Shown one piece after another: positions 1 through 9,212 of a DNA stretch of 64,000 nt. The stretch's first letter is position 1. Every line of letters begins with the position of its first letter. A program made the position numbers and the translations under genes. Source of the DNA: a virus; the IMG/VR virus record IMGVR_UViG_3300028829_004719; one strand, given 5' to 3'. A model generated the notes under the pieces. The model did no database searches. It worked only from the letters and a program-made list of their open reading frames with translations, and had not been told where the DNA came from.

Positions 1-341
1 TTCCCCTTGGCTCTTTTCGATCCTTTATTAAGAACGTCGCCTAATTCTCTATTATAAGGAACCCATATAAAAAGAGGAGGAAAATCATGTTCTGGTTCTT
101 TCTGCATGATATATATCTTCTCATTCTTGATATCTACAGCATAACCGTAGACAATCATATCTTCCGGTGGGCTAGTGGCAAGAGGCTTTCCTGCATAAAG
201 AGTAATTAGCCAAAAATTTACTAGAGAAGACGCTACAACAACTATGATTAAGCCTGCTCGTAAACTAATATCTTGGAATCGGTAGATAAGAGACAGACAC
301 GCTACGATGGCTATCACTAAACTTACTATAAATGTAATCAT
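1..341 (-). CDS. Membrane protein, partial (runs off window edge); third gene of the ExbB/ExbD-like module
   Basis: Manual translation MITFIVSLVIAIVACLSLIYRFQDISLRAGLIIVVVASSLVNFWLITLYAGKPL... gives two hydrophobic helices. ATG at 341-339 overlaps the TGA stop of the 338..895 ORF (ATGA coupling). No stop before the window edge. Confidence 0.8.
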   Translation of the reverse strand, partial: MITFIVSLVIAIVACLSLIYRFQDISLRAGLIIVVVASSLVNFWLITLYAGKPLATSPPEDMIVYGYAVDIKNEKIYIMQKEPEHDFPPLFIWVPYNRELGDVLNKGSKRAKG

Positions 342-895
342 TGTATGACAAACCCCTGTAATGGATTTAAATTAAGATTTTTTACGTTGCCATCTTCGTC
401 AATGTAAAATCTAGCTACTGGCACTTCTTCGTTGTGGCTTATTGTCACTACCTTTTTAAAGATGTGTCTATAAGGAGAAGACTTTTGAAATTCTACAGTC
501 ACTTCTATTGGCGAATCTGTTTTTGGTATTCTATACCCCTGTAGAGAGAAGATATAATCACCAGCTTTTATTCTTTCTATTGTCAAGGTTTCCCTAGATT
601 CTTCCAAATTTTTACCATCCACTTGACCGTAGTTTCTAGAAGTGTTGTCATTATGTAGAATAAATACATCGTTCTCTCTTCTTTTGTAACCAGTTATAGA
701 ATCACTATTATCAACCCTGATTGCCCAAGTATCGACATCAGCATCGTGCTTGACATCCCAAGATACATTCAAAATAAACTCTGCCACCTGCGGAGGGGTG
801 GGTGCTTCTTCTTTCTTTGTAATAGGATTGTAAAGTAGTATCATGCAAACAAGCAGGATTAAAATAATGTCTAAAAAACATATTGGAATTTTCAT
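338..895 (-). CDS. ExbD/TolR/MotB-like single-pass membrane protein
   Basis: N-terminal TM helix with an Asp (FLDIILILLVCMILL), then a soluble domain with WDVKHDADVDTW; directly downstream of the MotA/ExbB-like gene. Confidence 0.6.
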   Translation of the reverse strand: MKIPICFLDIILILLVCMILLYNPITKKEEAPTPPQVAEFILNVSWDVKHDADVDTWAIRVDNSDSITGYKRRENDVFILHNDNTSRNYGQVDGKNLEESRETLTIERIKAGDYIFSLQGYRIPKTDSPIEVTVEFQKSSPYRHIFKKVVTISHNEEVPVARFYIDEDGNVKNLNLNPLQGFVIQ

Positions 896-1326
896 TTATC
901 GTCTTCCCTTAGAAAGATAACATAAGCATAAATAAATAAACTACAAACTATTCCGACAATTGTTGTGTTTAAAACAACAGCCATGCCGGTTGTAATTAAT
1001 TCTTGTCTCACTTCAGCATCATCGACGGTACTTAAAGATTCAAATAGATAACTCATTCCAATCACAGTGCCTAGAAGGCCGAGCATCTGGGCTATATATG
1101 ACATATCGTTCATTTTTTTCATATGGTATTTTTTTCTCATGATCTGCCTAAGACAGAATAAAGAAGAAGTAACACCCAGTAACAATATAGCATAACAGAT
1201 AAATGTTACATCGGCACTTGCTAAATCGCTAAAGGCCGAATAAGCCATTTCAGCCACAAGCAGTGAACATATAGCAATAGCTGTTATTGATAGCCATTTA
1301 AGAAAATTTACCTTTTGATTATTCAT
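892..1326 (-). CDS. MotA/TolQ/ExbB proton-channel family protein
   Basis: Hydrophobic helices with the family signatures LGLLGTVIGM and GMAVVLNTTIVG. Confidence 0.85.
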   Translation of the reverse strand: MNNQKVNFLKWLSITAIAICSLLVAEMAYSAFSDLASADVTFICYAILLLGVTSSLFCLRQIMRKKYHMKKMNDMSYIAQMLGLLGTVIGMSYLFESLSTVDDAEVRQELITTGMAVVLNTTIVGIVCSLFIYAYVIFLREDDK

Positions 1327-1341
1327 TTGAAGCCTCCTAAT

Positions 1342-1635
1342 CTACTCTAGTAGATTTCTAATTTTTTGGTTTTGTTCATCGTCTTCCTCGTCTGGTTGTT
1401 CGATATTTACTTGATTCTCATATAACTTTTGAATAGTCTCTGACAGTTGTCTTCTTGCTATACTGAAATCATTTAATGGAAACTCATTAACAACAATAAA
1501 TGAATCTACTCGATCTTCTCTGTGGTATGACAGTGTCAATACAAATTTGTCATTTTCGGGCTTTAAAGAACTGACTTCTGCCAGCATTTCTTCAAGGGTT
1601 TTCATTTTTGGTTTATATTTTTTCACTTTAAACAA
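1342..1635 (-). CDS. Hypothetical protein
   Basis: 97 aa ORF, co-oriented with neighbours, acidic C-terminus. Confidence 0.7.
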   Translation of the reverse strand: MFKVKKYKPKMKTLEEMLAEVSSLKPENDKFVLTLSYHREDRVDSFIVVNEFPLNDFSIARRQLSETIQKLYENQVNIEQPDEEDDEQNQKIRNLLE

Positions 1636-1659
1636 CTTTCTATTAACTTAAAAAATAAA

Positions 1660-1685
1660 AAGGACTATCAACCTTGATAGTCCTT
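1660..1685 (-). terminator. Intrinsic terminator
   Basis: AAGGACTATCA-acct-TGATAGTCCTT 11-bp hairpin followed by a T-rich tract on the minus strand. Confidence 0.85.
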
Positions 1686-1696
1686 AATAAGTAATA

Positions 1697-2029
1697 CTAC
1701 TCTACCGATTTAGTTTGAGAATTCCATTTAACCCAACCGCCATCCGGTAGCCAATTTCCATCACTATCTTTTCGTTTAGGGAAAAGACCGCCGCCTTTTT
1801 TATTAGCACCGAAAGACAACCTCGCCCCACATTTTGTACAACGAAGCTCATAGTACTCATTTTCATCAACAGTTCTAACAACATATTTAACATCATCACA
1901 ACCGCACTTACCACACTTATGACCAAACACCTCCTGAAAAGAAGCTAGTTGACCAACCAAATCTTTAGAAGTGTCGCTTTCAAAAGAAGCGATTAACTCT
2001 TTGGTTTTTGCGTTATAAGTTACCTTCAT
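1697..2029 (-). CDS. Zn-ribbon protein (CxxC...CxxC), possibly ssDNA-binding
   Basis: CGKC and CTKC motifs, aromatic/Gly-rich C-terminus; follows the Rad52-like gene. Confidence 0.6.
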   Translation of the reverse strand: MKVTYNAKTKELIASFESDTSKDLVGQLASFQEVFGHKCGKCGCDDVKYVVRTVDENEYYELRCTKCGARLSFGANKKGGGLFPKRKDSDGNWLPDGGWVKWNSQTKSVE

Positions 2030-2032
2030 TCA

Positions 2033-2803
2033 TTACCTCCATTGTTCATATCCAGAGATTTCCTCCGGAATAGACTTTACGCCAGTTTGATACTCGTTTA
2101 ATACTCCTAACATCTTAGATGCTGTATTCTTCTTAATTTGAGAAATATCTTCATACTTTGACTCACCCATATTGATAAAATTTAAGACATTTAGATCAAG
2201 CTGCTTACACTTGGCGTCAATAAAGTTGATCTGAGGTGGACTAATACTATCTTCCTCTTTCCATTCCCCATCGGTAGACTGTTTTTCTTGTACAGACTGT
2301 CTAACGATGGAAGCTACGTCCTTTTTAGCAAGTTCCTCCGCTGCTAAACATTTGACCTTTAGAGCTTTCCTTAATGCACGACCTTCGGCTCGTGTAGAAG
2401 CGGTAGCTACAGGATGAGCACAAAATAGGTCATCTGTGTTACCATGCCACACGTCTGCTACGTCAGAGTAAGTTCTTAATTGCCCAGAGTCCATCCAGTC
2501 TATCACTACTTCGAATACGACTGTCGCCCTACCGGGACCGTCACTTTCTGTAGCAGGAAAAACTTGAGAAGGTCTACTGATAACAATAGTCCCAAGCAAC
2601 TCTTCGGCAACTCTTCTTAACCCCGCACATACAGGATTACCATCGAATAGCTCCGATTTGTGAAATTTACTCATTACAAAGTCGTTCCATTTTTCAGATC
2701 CGTAAACCGGCATCTGGTCCTCATTCATTTCCATTTCCTTTTCCTTGTTAATATCTTTCTTAATACTTTCTGCGTCAAATAAATCCAAATATGCTGCTGT
2801 CAT
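2033..2803 (-). CDS. Putative Rad52/Sak-like single-strand annealing protein
   Basis: beta-beta-beta-alpha pattern ending in ATASTRAEGRALRKAL, resembling the A-x-T-x-A-x-x-R-A-L motif of Rad52/Sak proteins. Confidence 0.55.
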   Translation of the reverse strand: MTAAYLDLFDAESIKKDINKEKEMEMNEDQMPVYGSEKWNDFVMSKFHKSELFDGNPVCAGLRRVAEELLGTIVISRPSQVFPATESDGPGRATVVFEVVIDWMDSGQLRTYSDVADVWHGNTDDLFCAHPVATASTRAEGRALRKALKVKCLAAEELAKKDVASIVRQSVQEKQSTDGEWKEEDSISPPQINFIDAKCKQLDLNVLNFINMGESKYEDISQIKKNTASKMLGVLNEYQTGVKSIPEEISGYEQWR

Positions 2804-3576
2804 TAGCTTACCTCCAACTCAATAAATCTTTTAGTCTTTTGTGGAAACTTTTTTTCAATAGATTCTAAAGCTTCAGAGACAACTTTCCACAGTCTTCTCT
2901 CTACGCTAAGATTCATATTTTTACAAAGATATTTCACTCTGATGACACAAAACCCCTTACCAATCAATAAGCCGTTTTTGATACTGTCCATTTTAATGGT
3001 TTCTGTTAGTTTGCTTTCACCAAATAAAGGTAGGAAGTGTTGAGGTCCATCTATCTCTATTATAGTGTTTAATTCCGGCAAAAGCAAGTCTATTTCGAAA
3101 TTTCCTTCAACTAATCCCTTTTTATGCATTTGGACTTCATATCCCATCTGTTCCAATTTTCTGCGTAAAAACTTTTCAGCTTTTGATCCCTCTGTACATG
3201 CTTCTCTGAGGGCCGCACCAGCCTTAGACTGCATTTCCTTCTTTTTCATGGCGTCCATGTTATCCCATCTTTCTTTTGCTCCTTTCGCAAATTTTGCCTT
3301 GATGTCTTCCGGCATATCTTTCCATGCTTTCTCGACCCCTTTGCTGATAGCGAGCTTTACCTCATCTGTTCTTTTTTTTCCTTCCGTGGGATGATCTGCA
3401 CGTCCTTTTTTGATGGCTAGTTTCATCGCTTCCGCTCTACTTCTAATTTTTACATCGCTTTTTTTAAGAATTCTTTCTATTTTTTTAGAGTATGTGTTAA
3501 ACTCTTCTGCAATCTCTGCACAGCTACAGCCTTTTAGATATTGCTCTATAACGTATTTATCATCTATGGATTTCAT
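2803..3576 (-). CDS. Free-standing homing endonuclease (NUMOD3-like repeats plus Vsr/DUF559-like PD-(D/E)xK domain)
   Basis: HPTEGKKRTDEVKLAIS NUMOD-like motif; C-terminal EIDLLLPELNTIIEIDGPQHF ... D ... K. Confidence 0.75.
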   Translation of the reverse strand: MKSIDDKYVIEQYLKGCSCAEIAEEFNTYSKKIERILKKSDVKIRSRAEAMKLAIKKGRADHPTEGKKRTDEVKLAISKGVEKAWKDMPEDIKAKFAKGAKERWDNMDAMKKKEMQSKAGAALREACTEGSKAEKFLRRKLEQMGYEVQMHKKGLVEGNFEIDLLLPELNTIIEIDGPQHFLPLFGESKLTETIKMDSIKNGLLIGKGFCVIRVKYLCKNMNLSVERRLWKVVSEALESIEKKFPQKTKRFIELEVS

Positions 3577-4681
3577 TATAAATCTCCTTTATTGAATCTG
3601 CTATGTATTCTATTTGTTCAAACTTAAGTTCTGGAAAGCTAGGTATATTAAAACCAGTCCTATGTAAAACCTCTGACACACAATGCGATTCATACTTATG
3701 AGAGTACATCGGCATCGTGTGAATGGGGTAAAATAAAGGTCTAGTTTCTATCTTCTTATCCTTAAGTAAAATTTCCATCATTTTATTTCTTTGCTCTTCA
3801 TTTATATCCATCGTGACGCTAAACATCCAATAAGAGTGCTGTACATTTGGAGCTTCTCGATGCCAAGAAATTGGACTATTTTCAAAATGACCGATATATT
3901 GTTGAGCAATACTTCTTTTTGTTTTTAAGACAGTATCACTAATCTCCAGCTGGGAGCATCCAATAGCGGCTTGAATATTTGTCATTCTATAATTATAACC
4001 AAGTACATCATGCCAGTATTGCCGACCCTTGGCTAATCCTTGTCCTTTTAGTTTCTCAACCCTGTTATGTAGAGATTCGTTGTTTGTTACGACCATTCCA
4101 CCTTCTCCTGTGGTGATAGTCTTATTGCCGAAAAAACTATATGCAGCTATATCTCCGAATTGTCCTACGTGTTTATTGAGATATTTTGATCCGAAAGCCT
4201 CTGCACAATCTTCTATAATAAATAAAGGCCGTTTTCTATTATGTGCCATATATTGGATTTCAGACATATCTGCGGGATGTCCATACAAATGAACTACCAT
4301 AATGGCTTTTGTTTTTGACGTTATTTTCTTTTTAACATCGTCTGGATCAATCTGCCAAGTGTCTTTTAAACAGTCTACAAATACAGGAGTGGCACCTGTG
4401 TAGCGAATCGCATTTACTGACGCTATATAGGTAAAAGTAGGAACAATAACTTCATCACCCTCTCCAATTCCTAAAGCGGCTAAGGAAAGATGTAATGCCG
4501 ACGTTCCATTGCAGCAGCTAGTTGCATATTTTATATCTGTTTTTAATGAGAAACGATCTTCAAACATCTTGACGTATTTACCTTTAGAAGATATCCACGA
4601 ACTTTCCAAACATTCATTGACGTACTGTTTGGCCGTTTCTGCTATGATAGGTTTGTATATTGGAATCATTGAATCAATCAT
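3560..4681 (-). CDS. DegT/DnrJ/EryC1/StrS PLP-dependent sugar aminotransferase (perosamine synthase-like)
   Basis: NGTSALHL, IEDCAEAFG, SFFGNKTITTGEGG (PLP Lys), GYNYRM. Confidence 0.95.
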   Translation of the reverse strand: MIDSMIPIYKPIIAETAKQYVNECLESSWISSKGKYVKMFEDRFSLKTDIKYATSCCNGTSALHLSLAALGIGEGDEVIVPTFTYIASVNAIRYTGATPVFVDCLKDTWQIDPDDVKKKITSKTKAIMVVHLYGHPADMSEIQYMAHNRKRPLFIIEDCAEAFGSKYLNKHVGQFGDIAAYSFFGNKTITTGEGGMVVTNNESLHNRVEKLKGQGLAKGRQYWHDVLGYNYRMTNIQAAIGCSQLEISDTVLKTKRSIAQQYIGHFENSPISWHREAPNVQHSYWMFSVTMDINEEQRNKMMEILLKDKKIETRPLFYPIHTMPMYSHKYESHCVSEVLHRTGFNIPSFPELKFEQIEYIADSIKEIYNEIHR

Positions 4682-5358
4682 ATTGCATCGTTAATGTAAA
4701 TTATTTCGTTATTATAAATGAATTTCGGCCACATCAAGTTTCTTGAAAGCATATTATTGTGATTCTTTTTTATGGAGTTAGGAATACTGAAATATGCATT
4801 GTTTTCAAAATAAAAATCTAGTTCGTAACCCAAATCCTTAACTAGTTGCTTTCTTGTCTGCCAGTCAAACCCGCACTCAATGCACATAACTTTAGGGAGT
4901 AAGGTTTTGTCCATTTTTTTCATGTCTTTTAACACAAGGCTCTCCGAACCTTCGATATCTAGTATCATAATGTCAAAAAGAACGTCGGCAATTTTTTGGA
5001 TATTCTCAAAAGTTGTACAGGGCACAAAATAAGAGTCCAGTAATCTTCCGTTATTCATCTTAGCGTCATTGTTTTTTGCGTCGTTTGTATATGACCATCC
5101 GACTTCTTTAAATGAATAAAATTCCACCTCTCCTACATGGTCGGAAATTGCAAAATTAAGGATCTGCAAATTTCTGTCTCTTCCAGTGCGGTAACTTTCT
5201 AGAGAGGGCTCAACTAGCCAGACGTTTTTCTGTTGCTCTATCCATATTTCTGATTCGACAGATGTTTCGTCTTGTGTAATACACACACCAGACTCCAGAA
5301 CTGAAAAATTTTCATCTAGCTCGTAGCATTTTGAAATACATTCAGCAACGTGAGCCAT
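4678..5358 (-). CDS. FkbM-family SAM-dependent methyltransferase
   Basis: LVEPS, NFAISD, ILDIEGSE, VMCIE motifs. Confidence 0.8.
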   Translation of the reverse strand: MAHVAECISKCYELDENFSVLESGVCITQDETSVESEIWIEQQKNVWLVEPSLESYRTGRDRNLQILNFAISDHVGEVEFYSFKEVGWSYTNDAKNNDAKMNNGRLLDSYFVPCTTFENIQKIADVLFDIMILDIEGSESLVLKDMKKMDKTLLPKVMCIECGFDWQTRKQLVKDLGYELDFYFENNAYFSIPNSIKKNHNNMLSRNLMWPKFIYNNEIIYINDAI

Positions 5359-5420
5359 TTTATTTTCTCCTCGTATAGTTTATTACAAATCCTCGTTGGT
5401 TGCACGCCTTAACAACAGAT

Positions 5421-5978
5421 TTATTGTTTGTACATTTTTTCTAGCTCTAATAAACCTTTGTCTCTTGGGCCTATTCTCTGAGCGGGGCTTCCAAAATACA
5501 CAGACCAAGGGCGACACGACTTTCTAATTAACGACATAGCTCCAATCGCTGTGCCTTCTTTTATCTTTACTCTTGGTAATATAACAGAGTTAGAACCCAC
5601 GATGGCGTGCTTTTCCAGCGTTACCGTTCCAGATTGTACACCAGTAAACTCCGCAGGAACCGTGGGATTGGTCATATATTTACCAGAATAGTCGTCTGAA
5701 GCACTGTAAACTCTAACGCCTTGAGAAATTCCAGAAAAATCTTCCATTATGATTCCGCCACCACCACCCAAGTAGCAGTAGCCACCAATGTGAACATTTG
5801 ACCCAATTTCGATAAAACCGTTTGCAGCATTGAGTGTGCAAAAATCATCAATACGAACATCGTTTCCGAGAGATATCTTTTCTATACCAATCAGACTAGC
5901 TTTGCTAGAAACTAATACGTTTTTGCCAACGGACTTAAATCTTGCTAATTCAGATTCTCCCAACCAATTACTTTCCAT
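5421..5978 (-). CDS. Hexapeptide-repeat sugar acyltransferase (VioB-like)
   Basis: LbH repeats GKNVLVS, GNDVRID, GSNVHIG; SASDDYSG; C-terminal YFGSPA. Confidence 0.9.
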   Translation of the reverse strand: MESNWLGESELARFKSVGKNVLVSSKASLIGIEKISLGNDVRIDDFCTLNAANGFIEIGSNVHIGGYCYLGGGGGIIMEDFSGISQGVRVYSASDDYSGKYMTNPTVPAEFTGVQSGTVTLEKHAIVGSNSVILPRVKIKEGTAIGAMSLIRKSCRPWSVYFGSPAQRIGPRDKGLLELEKMYKQ

Positions 5979-6047
5979 GTTTTGCTCCTTTTAAATACTG
6001 CGTTATTATTTCTTCTACCAACGCATTAGCACTCGATTATGGCTTCT

Positions 6048-6356
6048 TTAGTATGTTTTGTGTTTCCGTTGGATGAACTTCCCAGCATCTAACTCTTCTC
6101 CTTTGTTTGCAGATTTGACAATTTCTACTATTTTTTCGTCAATCTCATCAATCAGTTGGTTGCGTTGGTAGTTAAGGTCGCAACACCTTTGAATAGCCTC
6201 GTAAAGCTCAGTCTGTTTGTCTTTTGTTCCAATGTATCTTTCTTGAAATTCTTCAAAAGTCATACGTCGAGATTCATAGAGGAACTCTTGATTAGTCCAC
6301 ATCTTCATGTCGATGGTAATCAATTTATCTACCAGTCCGCCTAAAGTATCAGCCAT
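6048..6356 (-). CDS. DUF4254-like protein
   Basis: TLGGLVDKLITIDMKMW ... LNYQRNQLIDEID resembles DUF4254 proteins of polysaccharide loci. Confidence 0.55.
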   Translation of the reverse strand: MADTLGGLVDKLITIDMKMWTNQEFLYESRRMTFEEFQERYIGTKDKQTELYEAIQRCCDLNYQRNQLIDEIDEKIVEIVKSANKGEELDAGKFIQRKHKTY

Positions 6357-6357
6357 T

Positions 6358-6819
6358 TTATTCTCCTATTATATTAAGTAGTTGTTTCATATTCCAATTA
6401 TCTACAATTCCTACAGTTTTTTTATTGCAGAAATTTTCTATGAGGTCTGCATGAGATACGCTTCTAGCTATGATTTTTATTTTGTCATCTCTTAAAATCT
6501 GCATCGCTGCTTGAAAATGCACAGGATTTTTTAACCAGTCTAAATTCCAAAGATACAAATACCTATCGCTTTTTTCTGGTAGTTTAAGAATAGTTCTTGC
6601 CTCTTCTAGTGTAGTCCCGATTAGTACGCCGTTAAAAGACGACATAAACAGACTCATTTTTGTCGCGAAGAAGGGGTGTTTAGGAGGTATGCAGTTTCTA
6701 TTATGAAAAACCGATGGAGAGATGTCGGTATCATTCATGCATTTATTAAACTCTTTTATAAGATAAAAGGATTTCTGTGACGGAGATAGATCGTATAAGT
6801 GTGCAGCAATGTTTATCAT
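6358..6819 (-). CDS. Hypothetical protein (glycan cluster)
   Basis: 153 aa ORF in the operon. Confidence 0.7.
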   Translation of the reverse strand: MINIAAHLYDLSPSQKSFYLIKEFNKCMNDTDISPSVFHNRNCIPPKHPFFATKMSLFMSSFNGVLIGTTLEEARTILKLPEKSDRYLYLWNLDWLKNPVHFQAAMQILRDDKIKIIARSVSHADLIENFCNKKTVGIVDNWNMKQLLNIIGE

Positions 6820-7439
6820 AGGCAGGTCTTTCCAATCGTTAACTCGTTAATATCTTGAACATCAACTACTGAGTTGTTGTTCATGCCCTGTTCCCCAAAT
6901 AGGTTCTTCACGTTTTTATAAATATTTTTCTCCAAGGGTATTGTTTTATCAAACGGTCTATTTTCCCATAGTCGAAGAAGTGTTCGAGTTTTCCCATACA
7001 TAAAGTCACCATTCATACTTTTTCTATTGATATTTAGACCTTCGCTCCCGTAGTTTAATATTGTAAATTTATTTTCTTTGATACTAGCTATACTTTGCAT
7101 TTCAAATCCAGCGGTTAGAATCATAGAGTGCTGAATTTCGTAGTTTTTCATTCTAGTTAATGCATCTATTACCATGTCCTGTCTAACCCATGTTTTGCGT
7201 GTAACCATCTCTGTTTTGTCTAAATCTGCTAATGGTCGATGCCAAGAAGTGTCGCGAACGTTGGCAACAACAATTATTTTGGGATCTGGAACCAAGTTTT
7301 TCATAGAGTTTATGGAATGAAGAACCTTTTGCCACCTTGTTGTGGGGTCTTCTTTCATGTATTTGCTTACTACTATTATTCCTAATTTGTTTTGCATTAT
7401 GTCAATCCTTTTAAAAGATTTAATTCTGTATGAGCACAA
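6816..7439 (-). CDS. Hypothetical protein (glycan cluster)
   Basis: 207 aa ORF in the operon. Confidence 0.65.
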   Translation of the reverse strand: MCSYRIKSFKRIDIMQNKLGIIVVSKYMKEDPTTRWQKVLHSINSMKNLVPDPKIIVVANVRDTSWHRPLADLDKTEMVTRKTWVRQDMVIDALTRMKNYEIQHSMILTAGFEMQSIASIKENKFTILNYGSEGLNINRKSMNGDFMYGKTRTLLRLWENRPFDKTIPLEKNIYKNVKNLFGEQGMNNNSVVDVQDINELTIGKTCL

Positions 7440-8260
7440 TGTATTTGATCTATATTTAAATTACTAAGCTTCACCCTTTTACCTCTATTGAATTCGTAAA
7501 GAAGTCTTTGTTCCGATATATTATAAGTTAATGCGTGTGGGTTTTTATGAGAATTTTGCACCATATTATTTGGACTATTGACAACGCAGCTTTGTAATGG
7601 TATGCCAACATATGGACCTAACAGATTGGTAAACCTTTGAAGAGCACTTTCTATCTCGTTAGGCGTCTGCTTCCACTTTTTTAATTTTTGCAAAAATACA
7701 AGCTCATCCATCCAGTCGAACATATCTCCAGTTCTAAAGATATGACCGTCTACGGACAAAGGGTAGTTCCAATATCCTCCAAAAAAATGCTGCGTCCTGT
7801 CGTATACGACTCCATATTCGTATCGATATAGCTTTTGATCTGGTGCATACTGCAATGGGTCATCGATCATAACTTCTGTGCCATTTGCATTATGCACGGC
7901 TCTTTTATTTGTGTTTAACCCTAGACGTAACGAATAGCAACATATACTATCTGTAAAACACTCATCCTTAAGATCAGGAGACTCTGTATATACTATGCAG
8001 TCATCAGTAAGAAACATAATATAGCCATTGTCGCATGTAGCTACAAGCATTAAAACATCTTTAAAAAGAGAGTTGGATTGCGTCCAAAACTCTACACTAG
8101 GATGATCCTTCTGAACCGTTTCATATGCCTGCTTATAATCATCATCGCAAGTGTATATAACATTAACCTTATAATCCATCTTTAAATTAACAAGACTGTT
8201 TAGGCAAAGATCCAATTGCAATGGTCTATTTTTACTGAATATAACTAAAGAAATCTTCAA
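7397..8260 (-). CDS. GT-A fold glycosyltransferase (GT2-like)
   Basis: VIFSKNRPLQLDLCLNSL N-terminus and FLTDDC DxD-like motif. Confidence 0.75.
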   Translation of the reverse strand: MKISLVIFSKNRPLQLDLCLNSLVNLKMDYKVNVIYTCDDDYKQAYETVQKDHPSVEFWTQSNSLFKDVLMLVATCDNGYIMFLTDDCIVYTESPDLKDECFTDSICCYSLRLGLNTNKRAVHNANGTEVMIDDPLQYAPDQKLYRYEYGVVYDRTQHFFGGYWNYPLSVDGHIFRTGDMFDWMDELVFLQKLKKWKQTPNEIESALQRFTNLLGPYVGIPLQSCVVNSPNNMVQNSHKNPHALTYNISEQRLLYEFNRGKRVKLSNLNIDQIHCAHTELNLLKGLT

Positions 8261-9212
8261 AACGCTTCTCCTGTTTATTTTTATAATACCAATTGATAGT
8301 GTCTTTAAGCCCTAAGTAAAGCCCTGTTTTAGCTTTAAATCCAAAAATCTCATAAGCTTTACTAGTATCTAAACATCTGCGTGGTTGTCCATCTGGAAAT
8401 TTTGAGTTGTAGATTATCTTTCCGTCGTACCCCATAAGGCCAGAAATTAATTCTGCTAGTTCGCAAATCTTAATCTCTTCTCCCGTTCCCACATTGATTG
8501 GCAGTGGAGTAGTTTCTGCTTCTAGGGATCGACAGATAACATCGGCACAGTCATCAACATATAAAAACTCTCTACTTGCATTACCAGTTCCCCATAGCTC
8601 TATTTCCTTCTGCTTAGTTGATTTTGCTTTATCTATCTTTAATATTAATGCAGGGATGACGTGACTGCTTATTGGATTGAAGTTATCGTATGGCCCATAC
8701 ATATTGACCGGAATCAGATTTGTAGAATTGAGGCCGTATTGTCTGTTATATGCAATCAGCATTTCTATAAGTGTTTTTTTAGCGATGCCGTAAGGAGCGT
8801 TGGTTTCTTCTGGATATCCATTCCATAGATTTTCTTCTTTGAATGGAACCGGAGTAATTTTAGGATAAGAACAAACAGTTCCAATCATAATAAGATTTTT
8901 CAACTTTCCATACTTCTTAGCGGTCTCAATTAAATTCATCCCCATAGAAAGATTGTCATAAAGAAATTTTCCGGGCTGATCTCGATTGATACCTATACCT
9001 CCACAGGCAGCGGCGAGATGGATGATATAATCAGGTTTCAGCTCTTGAAATGCATAGTCTACCATTTTTTGATTGGTTAAATCCCACTGTCTTCTGCCAG
9101 CCAATCCGAGTACGTGATAGTTGTAAGTAGACTTTAGTCTTAATGTGACTGCGGTTCCGAGGAATCCTGTAGATCCGGTAATAACTACTCTAGGTTGTGA
9201 TTTATTCATCAA
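8232..9212 (-). CDS. fcl: GDP-L-fucose synthase
   Basis: ITGSTGFLG, HLAAACGGIG, YGIAK (YxxxK), WGTGNASREFLYVDD, DGQPRR. Confidence 0.95.
   Translation of the reverse strand: MMNKSQPRVVITGSTGFLGTAVTLRLKSTYNYHVLGLAGRRQWDLTNQKMVDYAFQELKPDYIIHLAAACGGIGINRDQPGKFLYDNLSMGMNLIETAKKYGKLKNLIMIGTVCSYPKITPVPFKEENLWNGYPEETNAPYGIAKKTLIEMLIAYNRQYGLNSTNLIPVNMYGPYDNFNPISSHVIPALILKIDKAKSTKQKEIELWGTGNASREFLYVDDCADVICRSLEAETTPLPINVGTGEEIKICELAELISGLMGYDGKIIYNSKFPDGQPRRCLDTSKAYEIFGFKAKTGLYLGLKDTINWYYKNKQEKRFEDFFSYIQ

Noticed and set aside
1-1326. Calling the membrane module a Zorya defence system
   Set aside because: The MotA-like protein lacks ZorA's long cytoplasmic tail, the partner lacks an OmpA-like domain, and no ZorC/D/E is visible, although the window edge limits the view.
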